Source: Hydrolagus colliei (Eukaryota). From it: DNA of 64,000 nucleotides. The stretch spans positions 10,788,001 to 10,852,000 of the forward strand of contig CM068751.1 of the NCBI GenBank assembly GCA_035084275.1, given 5' to 3'. A model generated the notes under the pieces. That model ran no database searches. It was not told the origin of the DNA and worked only from the letters and a program-made list of their open reading frames with translations. Shown here one piece after another: positions 14,405 to 26,367 of this stretch; within the stretch, counting starts at the first letter, position 1; each line of letters opens with the position of its first letter. The translations under genes and the position numbers were made by a program.

Positions 14405-14610
14405 TGGGCTAGAGCGTTGGCCTTTCATCTCTGGGCATTAATCCAACTCGCGCTGAAGGGATTTAATTCTTCTCTCTGAAAGGGTGCAAGGGTGCTAAGT
14501 GAAGTGAGTTCCAGCAGCCTTAATCTAGTGCTAAATCGGTGTGAGTTCACAGTGCAAAACTGCCTGTAAATCAGGATTAATTGGTAGAAAAATTGGCAAT
14601 GGGATTCAAC
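14405..14610 (+). mobile_element. LF-SINE-like relic
   Basis: gcctttcatctctggg...aatcca...gtgaagtgagtt...atctagtgcta...ttcacagtgcaaaactgcc...taattgg...ttggca is colinear with the recalled LF-SINE consensus but highly diverged. Confidence 0.5.
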
Positions 14611-14790
14611 AAGTCCATAAATATAACTAGTATACTTGATGAAAACTGGTGTAGTTGAAGGTGCTGTACTGAGATTAGCTTTAAACGCACCTCATATAAG
14701 ATTAATTGGAAGGCGATTTTTTTCAACAATATCCATGCTGGGAGTGTTTAAGTTGCAATTAGATGAGATAAGACTACAGCTAATATATTT

Positions 14791-16385
14791 CACAAAAAGT
14801 TAGTTTGCAGGTGCAGCAAGCAACTAAGAAGGCGAACGGCATGCTAGCGTTCATTTCAAAAGGTTTAGAGTATAAGAGTAGGGAAGTCTTGCTGCAACTG
14901 TATAGGTCTCTGGTGAGACCGCACCTAGAGTATTGTGCGCAGTTTTGGTCTCCTTATTTAAAAAAGGACATACTTGCCTTAGAGGGGGTGCAGCGTAGAT
15001 TCACTAGGTTAGTTCCTGGGATGAGGGGACTGACCGCAGGGCCGTACGCAGGATTTTTAATGGGGGGGGCGAATTGCTAGTGATGGGACCAACAATGGCC
15101 GGGGGCTTGCGGGCTGCCCCCGAAGCCCCCTCGAGGCTCCGACGTTTTACACAGTTTGAGGTCTTATTTAATCGGTTCAGAAGATCCAATATGAAGGTAA
15201 ATGTTTCATGCCCTTGGTGTTTAAGAGCATCATTATTTATTCAGTGTTTTTATTTTCCCCGTTAGTCCGTGTCTAAATTTTTTGGGAAGGTCGAATGTGT
15301 TCGCCGATAAAAGCAAACACGATTGTTGACTGGATGATGTACGGAATGTGAACGATAAAATAAATTACAATCCAATTAAAACAGTACAATGACGAATGCT
15401 TGATAAATGTATGCGTATAAGAGAAAATGATCATAAACTACAGATTGACAGTAATTAATAAGTTGTTCTGCATTGTTATCCTAAGACTCTCAAAACTTGA
15501 GTAATTTTTACTTACGGTGATCAGATTAAAAGATGATTTTACCTTCCAGTCGCGGTGCTACCCTTGTGGCTGTATGATTTCCAAACGAGGATGGATTTGA
15601 GTCTTGGCGCGCGCCTATGTTTATCCAGTCACGAGTCACAGACTCGCCGCGGCATTGACTCGTCTATCCACGCGGTATGTTTTGGGGAGACGCCGATTCT
15701 GGTGTGCGACTCGATAATTTTATATTAATACTAAAACATTCAAAGATGTGTGTTTATAATTTATACATAGTTTTGAAGAACTGATTGTTACACAAATGCT
15801 CAATAAATTTACTTGGTATTTAAATTTGATAAAAAATACAATTCTCTACCCCGGAAAATGTGGACCTTTTATAATTTGGGGGGGTGCGTACGCACCCGTC
15901 GCACCCCCCCTGCGTACGGGCCTGACTGACCTATGAGGATAGGTTGAATAAACAAGGGCTGTATTCTCTGGAGTACAGAAGAATTAGGGGGGATCTTATT
16001 GAAACATATAAGATTCTTAAAGGGCTAGATAAAATAGATACTGAGGGACTGTTTCCCCTGGTAGGAGAATCTATAACCAGGGGTCACAGTCTTAAAATTA
16101 AGGGTCAGCCTTTTAGAACAGAGTTGAGGAAACATTTCTTCACTCAGAGGGTAGTGAATTTATGGAATTCACTATCCCAGAAGGCTGTAGATGCTCAGTC
16201 CTTGAACATTTTCAAGGCTGAGACTGATAGATTTTTGAAAAATAGAGGGATCAGAGGATATGGGGATAGGGCAGGTAATCAAAGTTAGGTGAGAAGATCA
16301 GCCATGATCTTATTGAATGGCGGAGCAGGCTCGAAGGACCGAATGGCCTACTTCTGCTCCTAATTCTTATGTTCTTATGTTCTTA
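14791..16385 (+). mobile_element. 5'-truncated CR1 LINE (ORF2 C-terminus plus 3' UTR), interrupted by a hAT MITE
   Basis: The ORFs at 14805 (KKANGMLAFI...LVRPHLEYCAQFWSPYLKKDILALEGVQRRFTRL) and 15944 (YSLEYRRIRGDLIETYKIL...FFTQRVVNLWNSL) are typical CR1 ORF2 C-terminal sequence. It ends in a (TTCTTATG)n tail. Confidence 0.93.
15037..15924. mobile_element. Non-autonomous hAT-type DNA transposon (888 bp)
   Basis: Terminal inverted repeats (TIRs) CAGGGCCGTACGCAGG and CCTGCGTACGGGCCTG match at 15/16. The 8-bp TSD is ACTGACCG (15029-15036) and ACTGACCT (15925-15932). Removing the element and one TSD copy restores the CR1 frame GMRGLTYEDRLNK. Confidence 0.92.
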
Positions 16386-17937
16386 TTTTTCAACCAACCC
16401 ACAGTTTTTATTTCCTCTAATTTTTTCAATAGATGCAATATTGTCTTTTTAAAAAAAAATTATGCCTTTGCTACCTGCTACCAATTCACCCAATTTGGGG
16501 ATTGCTTGTGCAATTATATTTGTGTTCTTCCTCTATTTATATCTCTGTGCCACATATCATTGCATATCGTTTCACCCACAAATATACAGTCAATTCACTT
16601 TATAGTATATTCTGTGAGACGTTGATAAAATGTAAAAAGCTCTATATCAAATGCAAGGATTATTATTAGTATTATTAACATTGATTTGCTTAACGTAAGC
16701 TATTCAAAGTGTTCCAACTCACCTGAAAAGGTATTTAACATTGATAGTCTAAATAAGCATGTGCTTAATACTGTAACTATTTTCAAACTTGTTTAAAATT
16801 TGTTTTCTCCTTTCAGCTCAAATTTTTGTCCTTATTATTGCTGTGGCTGTTTTGATTTGAATCAATTTTGATTGTGACCCATTTCAGACTCTTTGCGGGT
16901 TCTGTTTGTGCATTGAAGGTTGCCCATGAAACTAGATTCTCCCTCCATTCATTTTGTTTTTCTTACTATCGTTAACGCCAGGAAGCTGGGCCTTTGTCTC
17001 TCGGCAAGAGAGGCTAGCCTTCCTAGCCATCACTAGTCAGTGTCCAACACTCACTCCAAACACAGTGGCTGTTATCTGTCTGCACAGTGGGCAGATCTTG
17101 TCTTCCCATGGAAATATGCAACAAAAAAATGCAGCTGATTCTCGTTTTCAGACAAATGGGAGTTTGACAAGTGAAGAAAAGGCTGGTTGGTGGGGTGGGG
17201 GCGAGAGGTGGAGGGGAGCGAGAGCGAGAGGGTCCTGGAAAAATTATTCAGCTGAGAAGATGCATTAATATGGACTGAATTACTTAGTGCTTTGAAATGC
17301 TCTACTCGTTCATTGTTGCTATGGACCTACCAGCATGGAGCATTGTATGTAAACCCTTGTGTAATGCAGGTATTATTAGAATATTGAGCATTCAGGGCTT
17401 AGACTAAAAAAAAAGTATTATTTATATGCAATACATATATTGATACTGTGCAAACCCAAGTGTTTATTTTCTTTTCTTACACTTTTAGCTTGACTGTCTT
17501 GTGACTTCCCTGTTTGCAGTAACTGGGAGTCAGAATATTGCCGAGGATTTTTCCTTCACCTGTCAGCAACGGTGAAACCTATCTTTGCGAGACATTTGAT
17601 TACCCCTCTAATGGGAAACTGTGGACTGGCCACAAGAGCAGGCAGCGAATTGTTATGCGCACTAATTTGCCATCCATTTTCCCCCAGGAGACAGACTGCT
17701 GCCGTGATCAGTGGCAGGAGCAAAGTGGTTCAGAATTGTTGTTCTCCGCACCCAAACCCAGGCACCTCTTGTGATGGAGACAACCCATTCCTGCCTTCGG
17801 TGCCTTGTGCTGACGCTGAGGGAGAAATTAGTCAGTCAAATTTACAAAAGCCTGAAGCAAACATATTCGCGCAGACCCAATTTCCAAACCTGCTGCTATT
17901 CGTGGGCAAAAAGGTGTCAATTATTATTGGTTCAGAA

Positions 17938-18175
17938 AATAAGAACAAAAGAATTTGCTGCCAAAAGGAGACCTAGGTCCATCCAGTTCACCTTCCACCA
18001 CCATCCTGCCAGTCACTTGACATGTCATGTTCTAAAGTGTACACCGTATCCCCCAGATATTATTTTCCAGTAGAAATCTTATCTAATTTGTTCTTGAAAC
18101 AAACGACATGTTCTGCTTCCACCGTCTGTCTCCCTGGGGAACCTGTCCTGTAAGTTTACTGCTCGCTCACTGAAG
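17938..18175 (-). mobile_element. Degraded CR1 3' end
   Basis: taagaacaaaagaattt...ggtccatccagttcaccttcc...tctaatttgttcttgaa...gcttccacc. A related fragment lies at about 54911-54980. Confidence 0.5.
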
Positions 18176-18975
18176 TTGTGGTATATTTGCGTCTTTACTG
18201 AAGTCCAAAATAAGATCTCGGAACAGAATTTCAATCGCAAAGCAGCTGCCTGGAAAGGAAGTTTGGATTTTTGTGCCTGAAATCTTCTAGGCCGTAGTTA
18301 TGACTTTAGCTCTTTCAAAAAACATGTGTCTGTTTGTGATATTTGCCAGTGATTATGCATGCGTGACAAAAGCAAACAACAATCACAGAACACACTCAAC
18401 TGTAATTAATACTCTCGCCCATCAGAGCTGTTAGGAAGCACTCATTGAAAAATTATTATCTTGACAGTGTGCCAGAAAGATAGATTCACACATTGTACTG
18501 AATCCTCCAAGCCTCACTTGGACATATTCAACTGGGGAAAAGAGCCGAATCATTTTCACTTCTAATGAATGTCATACATTTCGTCCACAAAATATCCGGT
18601 CAATTCACTTTCAGTATATCCCGTGAAGTGCTTTTGAGACGTCTCGAAGACCTGATAAGCTGCTTTATCAAATGCGAGGATTATTGTTGTATAATCTAAA
18701 CGGTTACACAAAGTCTGATGTACAAGTAGAAGGAGCAGCAGCTAGCTGGAAAATTTATCGTGTAAATTTATTTAAGGCTAGTGCCAAAAGGTGCAGAAAT
18801 TGCATATTTAGTAACCTCTTTTAAAGCAGCACAGGCCATCCTAAAACAATACTAAACATGCATTGGCAACCTTCTGCCTTGCATAGAGATCTTCAATTAA
18901 GTTTGAAATTAAGCAATATTATAAATTGATCCTTGTATTGCGGATGCCAATTGAGGTAGGTCTGTGCATTTGTTA

Positions 18976-19177
18976 CGCCTAATAATAATCCCTAAAAATA
19001 ATAATAAATTAGTCATTTCATTCCACGTCTATTTGTGGGCATGCTGCTGTGTGCAATTGGCTGCCGCGTTTTGCCCATAAATATACAGTTAATTTACTTT
19101 ACAGTACATTTTCTGAAGCGTTTTGAGATATCTAGAAGACGTGAAAAATGCTATATCAAATGCAAGGATTATTATTA
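18976..19177 (+). mobile_element. SINE 3' two-thirds
   Basis: Body and tail without the tRNA head. Confidence 0.88.
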
Positions 19178-21069
19178 GTGGTAGTGGTAGTATTATTACA
19201 TTACTCTGTTTATGTTAGGCATCCAAAATTATGGTATTGGTTCAATCGGATTCAGATTCTTCAGAATTATAACTGATTTCACAGTTTTGCTTTAGTTAGG
19301 TATTCTATATGATTTCCATGTATGGAATTCAATTGAAGTCAAACAGTTCTGAGTAATTAGGTATGGTGTGGGCATAAATGAACAAACTATTTAATAGTGC
19401 TTCTGGGAAATGTTCCGATCTCAGATTTCTCATAAAATCCTCATCACTGAGTCATTGAGGCCCGAGAAGGCAGCCATTACTGGCTTGTCTCCTCTGAAAT
19501 CTAAACTACTCCGCAAGTCTCAAAGTACACCTCTTTTGTTGCTGTCCTGTCCTGTACCACATGTCTTATTTCCTGAATAAAAGCTAGCTTTCTCCAGAGT
19601 CTGAGACGGCAACTAGGAAGTGTTAAAAGGCGCCTGGGTTATAATAATGTACAATATATAATATATATTATAATAATAATATATCCTTGCATTTGATATA
19701 GCGCCTCCTCGCATCTTCAGACGTCTCAAAGCGCCTCATGGAATATACTGTTAACTGAATTTTGTGGGTGAAAAGCTTTGAAAAGGTTTCCCTGTCTTCC
19801 AAGCCTTCTCTGTCCTTTGGTGGTGGTGGGGTGTGTGGGGGGGGGGAGCAGAAACTAAATCCAAGTGTCGAACATCCATTCCTTGGACCAGTTTCTCATT
19901 TGATTGTGATGTTTTCTATTTCTCATTCATTTGGTCAGAGAACTCTGTACTCGTTTACAAATGCCTTCTTGTGTTGCCATTGTGTTTATTTCCTGTTTAT
20001 AAGTAGGCTAATTCCAAAGACTCACAGCTTCTCTGCAAAACAAGCCTTTTATGGTATCAGTTTCCTAACGGAAATAAGACCCAAGACTTGCCTTTACAAA
20101 AAATCATCAGTGGCACTTTTGATACAGTCAGGGTAAATTAGTTTATGACAATTCAGGAGGTTCAAATAACTGAGCACAAAGAGAATTTACCAGGGGATTA
20201 ATATTGCAAAGAAAAGATCAATAATTAAAATGGAAGAAAAATGTAATTAAACGAATAATCCACTGGACTTCTTGAGTTTCTCCTTTCCTGGAAAGTATAT
20301 GATGAAATTATATTTATATTGTGCATTCCTTTGCTCTGAAATAAAGCTGTGTAAGGGAACATTTAATTTTATTACACCACCTTTCAAATTATTTGTGAGC
20401 GGTTATAAGGTTTATGAATGTCAACATCAATGATACATTAATTACTTGATTACACGTTATATTGTCTAAGGCAACTTATTTACAGTCAGATTTTTGTTGC
20501 ATAGTCTTCCCCCCTCATTATCTGTGATCTCGTATACTTTGAATTTTTCGGGAGATTTATTGGAGAATAAAATGATCTATTTTCTGAACAGCAGGAGCTA
20601 TTTTAGAAACATTTGAAAGCAAATTGTCACTGCAGATGTGAGTCGACTGATTGCTACGTTCTGAAGAATGGACTTTGTAATCCAATAGAAAAATGTTTCC
20701 CACCTCCAGCTTTGTTGGTATGTTACGGGGTTTGTTGCAGCAGCCGTGGTTCACTTGTTCATACAGTTTTACGAGCACATGGCTCAACCTTGAACTTGTC
20801 CTGTGTAGTTAATTCACTGAATTTTTCAACAACAAAAAACCCCAATAATCATCCTTGCATTTGATACAGTGTGTATAATGTCAAGTGTCCTAAAGCTCTT
20901 TACAAAGGGGTGCAGTGATTGCGCATGTTTATGTGAAATGGGGAATCAGCCCATTCGCGGAAAACTATATTTTGGCAAGGTTTTTCTTGTTTTCTCTATT
21001 CGTTCCCACCAAATGAAGTTTCTCCATGTGTTTGATAAGACTGAGCAACTACTTTACTACATTGAGTTC

Positions 21070-21374
21070 AATAATAATAATAATCCTTGCATTTGATATA
21101 GCGCTTTTCTAAACGTCTCAAAGCGCTTCACAGAATATCCCGTGAAGAGAATTGACTACATTTTTTGTGGGCGAAACGCGGCAGCCAATAGCGCACAGCA
21201 GCGTCCCCACAAACAGCTGTGGATTGTGGTGACCAATTTATTACTGTATTTTTTCAAGGGATTATTATCAGGCATGTGGAGTAAGGAAACGTGCCCAAGG
21301 TTTTGCCCTGCCTGGAATCAAGCTCAGGTCACTCGCTTACAAGGCAAGTGCTCTAACCACTGAGCTAAGGACTC
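21070..21374 (-). mobile_element. tRNA-derived SINE, full length
   Basis: Antisense of the family sequence. Confidence 0.92.
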
Positions 21375-21914
21375 AGTGTCCTAGCCAACAATCCCCCAGA
21401 TTTGTCAATCACTCATATCTCTTTGTGGGATATTGCTATGTGTATATTAGCTTTGGCCTCAGTAATGCCATCACTACACTTCACAATAAATTCGGTGAAG
21501 CGCTTTGAGAGGGTTTGATAATGTGATAAGGGATTATATCTAACATGGGGATGATTTTTTTTATCGTTATTACAAGAAAAACTTTCTGAAATTCCAGTAT
21601 ATACATAAAGCAACTATAGAAATAGCTTGCTTCAGGCTAATGTGTGCCCTTCTTGCAGATACAGAGTACCACATGTATCAGTGTAAGTGGAGGCTTGACA
21701 GATTCCCTGTGTAATGGGAACTGGTAATTAGAGGAGAGAGTATTTGTGGTGTTTCAAATGAGTCTCTTTCGAGTCATTGGTAAAGAGACATTGACGGCAT
21801 ATATCTTAATATGCTGGAAGTACAGTATTAAAGGATTGAGAAGATTCAAGAAATTTCAAGCCAAGGGGACAGAGAGACGAGAGGGAGAGGGCCTGGGTGA
21901 ACGTTAAACACATT

Positions 21915-22191
21915 GGAGTCCTGTAGCTCAGTGGTTAGAGAACTCACTTTACAAATAAAAGACCTGGGTTCAATTCCTGGCAGGTCAGGGCTGATAATAA
22001 TCCCTCAAAGAAACCAATAATAATTTGTTATTTAAATCCATGACTGTTTGTGGGCACACTGCTGTGCGCAATTGGCTGCCGCGTTTCACTCACAAATATA
22101 CGGTCGAATCACTTTACAGTATATTCTATGAAGTGCTTTAAGACGTCTAGAAGAAATGATAAGCGCTATATCAAATGCAAGGAGTATTATT
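21915..22191 (+). mobile_element. tRNA-derived SINE with an internal deletion
   Basis: ggagtcctgtagctcagtggttagag head, B-box ggttcaattcc and tail. Confidence 0.9.
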
Positions 22192-22330
22192 CTTTTTTGG
22201 TCAGCCGGGTGACTGCTACTCGTAGAAACACATCACCACAGCTCAAGAGTCGCCAAATCAAGCTGAGAATTCCACACATCCCACCTACACACAAGGAAAT
22301 CCCAGAGATAGATTGTTGGATTGGAATGCG

Positions 22331-22361
<31 letters not shown>

Positions 22362-24948
22362 GGAGGGGTGCATCCAGCTCACCTAAATCTAGAAAATATA
22401 AGGCGACAATTGGCAAGAGCCAAGCCTTCAATCGTACCTTAATATGAACTCAGTATAGCTTCAGCTATAAATATTTGAATACCTTGCTCTCTATCTTCTC
22501 TCCGTCTTTTTCTCTCTGTGTCCTTTCCCTTAGGGTAGGGGAAAAAAAAAGCGGATTTAAAAAAAAATCTGTGAACTTTAAATTTGACACACAGCAGCAG
22601 CACAAAGGAATCACACACCAGTCAATTCTCATTTAAATTCAAGCAGATGCTGGCAAGGCCCAGGTAGCTTTTAGCAAAGACGGTGTGTACCCCAACTTTA
22701 CTGCACTGCACTGCAGGGGATCAGATCATTCCTTCATTAAACTTTCAACCCAACCCACCAAGGAACAGAAACTGTCAGGTTATGATTTTCTACACTGGGA
22801 ACTGGGCTGAAACTGCCAGAAACTCTCGCCCTTAATCCGCGTAATCAGTCAGAAAATGTGACAATCAGTCCGTGTCACCTCGCTGTAATGATGAATACAA
22901 AAATTTGAGACAAAGGATAGAGGCTCGAGAGCTTCTCTGAGAAATCTGTCACTTAATTTTGGGCAAGTCCCCCCACCTCCTCCCACCACCTCATCCAGAA
23001 CCTTAATGGAAAACACAAGTGACAAGCAAACCCTTTTGATTGTTGCTATTATTCTTAATTGCTAAACTAGGGAACTAGGGATGGCTGTAATTTAGTTTTT
23101 TTACCGGTCAAAATTATTTGTTTTGTGGCCTCTTCCCCCTATTCACACCCCCCACCCCCCACAAAATAATCTAAGCCACTGCACATGGCACTTAAAAAAT
23201 AACCTCTGATGGTATTATCTTGTGTTGCGCTTGAAATGTGTACTCCTACTCGCCACTGAAATGGATTGTTGTTGGTAACTTCTTTTCACACTCGAGGCAG
23301 AGATCAGCCCCGCGCCCGTGTTCATGTGTGGCACAGGGTCAAGGTTCAGTTGATAGAGTCACGGTGAAGTAGAAAATACCTGGAAAGCTACAGATCGAGT
23401 TGAAAATGTACAATGCATGGACTGAGCTTTTAAGCTTTGTGCCCACTATATATACATTCTCTTGCCATTCACACTTTTATTTTACTCCTTTCAATGCATG
23501 AAAACCATCGACATTCTTACCTAGCATGGCATGTTAAGACCTCCATCGGCGGTGTACTTTGTGTGAGATTGGTTGTTGCCAATCTCAACCCCCCCCCCCC
23601 CCACCACCCCACCAATCCCAATTGGCCCTTGCATGACGTTGAAATGTTTTGTGTTCCGTACTTTGCCCTGTTCTGTCCGCGTAAAGTTTCTGAATGTTTT
23701 CTTTAACAAAATGGAAATGTGTATTCTTTTTACAGTAAGCAATGAGCTTCCACCGTAAAGTTTCAACTTTCTGCCATTCAATTCATTCGGTTTCAGCAAA
23801 TGTCCATTAACTAAGTAAGGAAACAATAAGGGTTGCGGGAAAGAGCCATGGTTATTCCAATTTGCATTCTGATACAATTCCGCGATCTGTAGCTGAAGAG
23901 CAACCCATTTAACCATCCTTCAATGACATGGCATGCTAAATTAGATTTTTTTTTCCTCACAAAAAAAATCCAGATTAATTCTGTTCTCAATTTTTGAGGC
24001 ATTTGACGTGTCCCAGTCAAATAAAGAATTAAATATCTAATTTGAATGTCTGTCTTGTACAATCGCATAAATGGACACACAGACAATTTTTTTTCCCCCC
24101 AAGGATTTTGGAAATGGTGGTTGACACCACGGTTAATTTGTTTTTTTTCTCGTTCAACTTGGAACACATTTTTGGCTCGTCTGAGCTCCTGCACCGAATA
24201 AGGTGGCAGGTAGTCAAACATTACAGTGGAGCCTCATTAACTTGATGTTATAAATCAGAATTTGCACAGTGTTAAGCTTTTGCTCTGGTATTCTATGGAA
24301 GAAATAACATTTTAGGGCATAAAATGTCATACATCTGTAATTACTTTGAGAAATGTCCTTTCCCAATTTCGTTTTTGATATGTCTTTCAATCACAAAAAA
24401 CAGAATCTATTGAAGATAATGAGAAGCCTTTTCGTTTGTGCTTTGCATATTCCCCCTCGAAGCAGCAGTTTTCTTTACATTTTTGGGGGTATTTTGAGAT
24501 CTGCTCTCAAAAGATTTTCACGCTCAAAGCATTCGAAGATGTGTAAAAGTTTCCTGGCTCTTTGATATCAGATCCTGAGGCACAGGTAGATGTGTTTAGT
24601 CAGTAACCCAGGAGTTTGAGTACATCTTTCCCTGAAATGGTGGGTATGCTGATGAAAAAGTTTCTTTTTTTTCTAATGAGTACATAATTCTTTCTTGCAC
24701 AAAATGACTGAAGAACGTATGACTGTAACTTTCAGGAAACGTCGTAAATACTGAACACGTTTTTGGATTCTTCCCTTTTTTTAAAAAAGAAATCCATTTT
24801 TAGGAGGTTTTGTACTTTGGTTTTTCTTAAGAAAAAACAAGTTTTACATTTCAATTTTTTCAGAAATGTTTGAACGTGCTATTTTGTGAAGTTCGTGTAT
24901 GTTCTTGAATTCTCTTTTTTCCTCCATTTTCTTCGTGTTTAATCCTAG

Positions 24949-25008
24949 GTCCCCTTACAAAGAAACAGACTGATGATTTAGGTGATAATGATGGTGCTGA
25001 AGATGAAG
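24949..25008 (+). CDS. NLGN1: Neuroligin-1 alternative exon, splice site A insert A2 (60 nt, phase 1-1)
   Basis: Pyrimidine tract ...cttcgtgtttaatcctAG, then gt ccc ctt aca aag aaa cag act gat gat tta ggt gat aat gat ggt gct gaa gat gaa g, then GTattt. It translates to (G)PLTKKQTDDLGDNDGAEDE, which matches the NLGN1 A2 insert as I recall it and differs from the NLGN2 and NLGN3 inserts. It splices in frame to the exon at 26218. Confidence 0.95.
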
Positions 25009-26217
25009 GTATTTTTTTGCCATCAAAACAATATGCATGACAAGGATCCTTTAAATTTTTCCCCTCGTCTTAAAAGTATACATATATTTTTAAAATTTTT
25101 AAGTGCAGAGTTTTTGCACTTTGTTTTCAACTATTCTTGTCTTGCCAGTCATGATTGAAATACATTTTTATAATTCTTTTTATTAAATGTCTTCACTTTT
25201 TTTTTCTTCCACGGTATTTGGTTGTTTCTTTTTAACTGACAAAAAAAAAAGCTCTCCACCGCATATTGTCAAAACTACTTCTTTTAAGATAATTTTTTTT
25301 GGGTTGACTTTGCATTGGATGTTTTACGTATTCGCACCCTCCTCAGAAATGACGTGAAATAAATCACAAAGAAACGTGATTCTTTAACATTCTGCTGCAT
25401 GCTTTCCAATCACTCATTTGCATTGAACAGATACTAAGAAAGTAATGTAGGGAAATCTGACTTTCTTTAGATTAAATCACAACCACATAAATATCATCAG
25501 ATTAAATCATCATTCTTCACAAATTGAAATTTCAACCTTTCTTAGGACAAAGATTTTTCCCCCCTACATAATTAATAGAGCTTTGGGGGGGAGCATTGAT
25601 TGGAAAATTATGACTTATTTCTTTATATGTGCTACCGTCAGTTTAATATTAAAAGAAATTCACATTCGCTTCACAATGTTCATTTTACACCTAGCTCTTA
25701 CTGGGCCAAATCTAACTTGGAACATTCCGTTTTTGAGGCATTAACGTTGAAAATAGATACTTTTTAATATTTTCTGTTTCATGATTAATGGATAACCTTA
25801 TTTTGATCTACTGCCATTTGCAACACTATTTTAAACGTCTTTCCACAATATAAGGCAGGCATTGCCTGATCAGTAAGAGACTACGATATTTTTAAAACCA
25901 GAAATATTAATCAAATTATTTTTCCTGTAACTACGATCACGGCTTCTAATCTGTCACCTCATCGCTTAATAACTTGACTATATTTCACCTGTTTACTATC
26001 ATTGAAACAATCAAACTCCCCCTCTCCTCCCCCCACCCCCCCACCACCATCACCAAAACCCCCCAACAATTTGCTCGAGAAACCTACTGCAGTCTACAAA
26101 ACCATATTTTCACTCTCTATGTCAGTTCCCACTGATTATTTCTCACAAAATGACGAACCTTTTCCAAACTCTCAGTTGGTTGTTTCAAACTTTTCAACCT
26201 TTGTGTCATTTTCACAG
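25009..26217 (+). other. NLGN1: Intron between the A2 exon and the next exon (1209 nt)
   Basis: GT at 25009 and AG at 26216-26217. The phases of both flanking exons agree (g + ac = GAC, Asp). Confidence 0.9.
25034..25039 (+). promoter_or_regulatory. RBFOX-type intronic splicing element TGCATG downstream of the A2 exon
   Basis: TGCATG starts 26 nt into the intron, with a second copy at 25396-25401. Downstream UGCAUG is the established RBFOX inclusion-enhancer position. Function here is inferred. Confidence 0.55.
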
Positions 26218-26367
26218 ACATTCGGGATAGTGGCCCCAAGCCCGTAATGGTCTATATCCACGGTGGATCGTACATGGAAGGCACGGGAAATATATTTGAC
26301 GGAAGTGTCCTGGCGAGTTATGGCAATGTCATAGTCATCACTGTTAACTACAGGCTTGGCGTCTTAG
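26218..26367 (+). CDS. NLGN1: Neuroligin-1 coding exon, cholinesterase-like domain (150 nt, phase 1-1)
   Basis: ttttcacAG, then ac att cgg gat agt ggc ccc aag...ggc gtc tta g, then GTAAGA. It translates to [51 protein letters not shown], a neuroligin signature with the HGG and NYRLG motifs. The paralog assignment rests mainly on the adjacent A2 exon. Confidence 0.95.

Larger units (their letters stand above)
1..24948 (+). other. NLGN1: Large upstream intron (>25 kb) that begins before the window
   Basis: Ends at the AG acceptor at 24947-24948. I found neither the upstream ...LNIYVPTED exon nor the A1 insert (VKRISKECARK...) by eye. Confidence 0.7.

Noticed and set aside
22540-22575. aaagcggattt resembling the start of the neuroligin A1 insert (VKRISKE)
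   Set aside because: It runs into poly-A and a stop, and CARK does not follow. tgtgccagaaag at about 18468 also lacks the rest of the exon.
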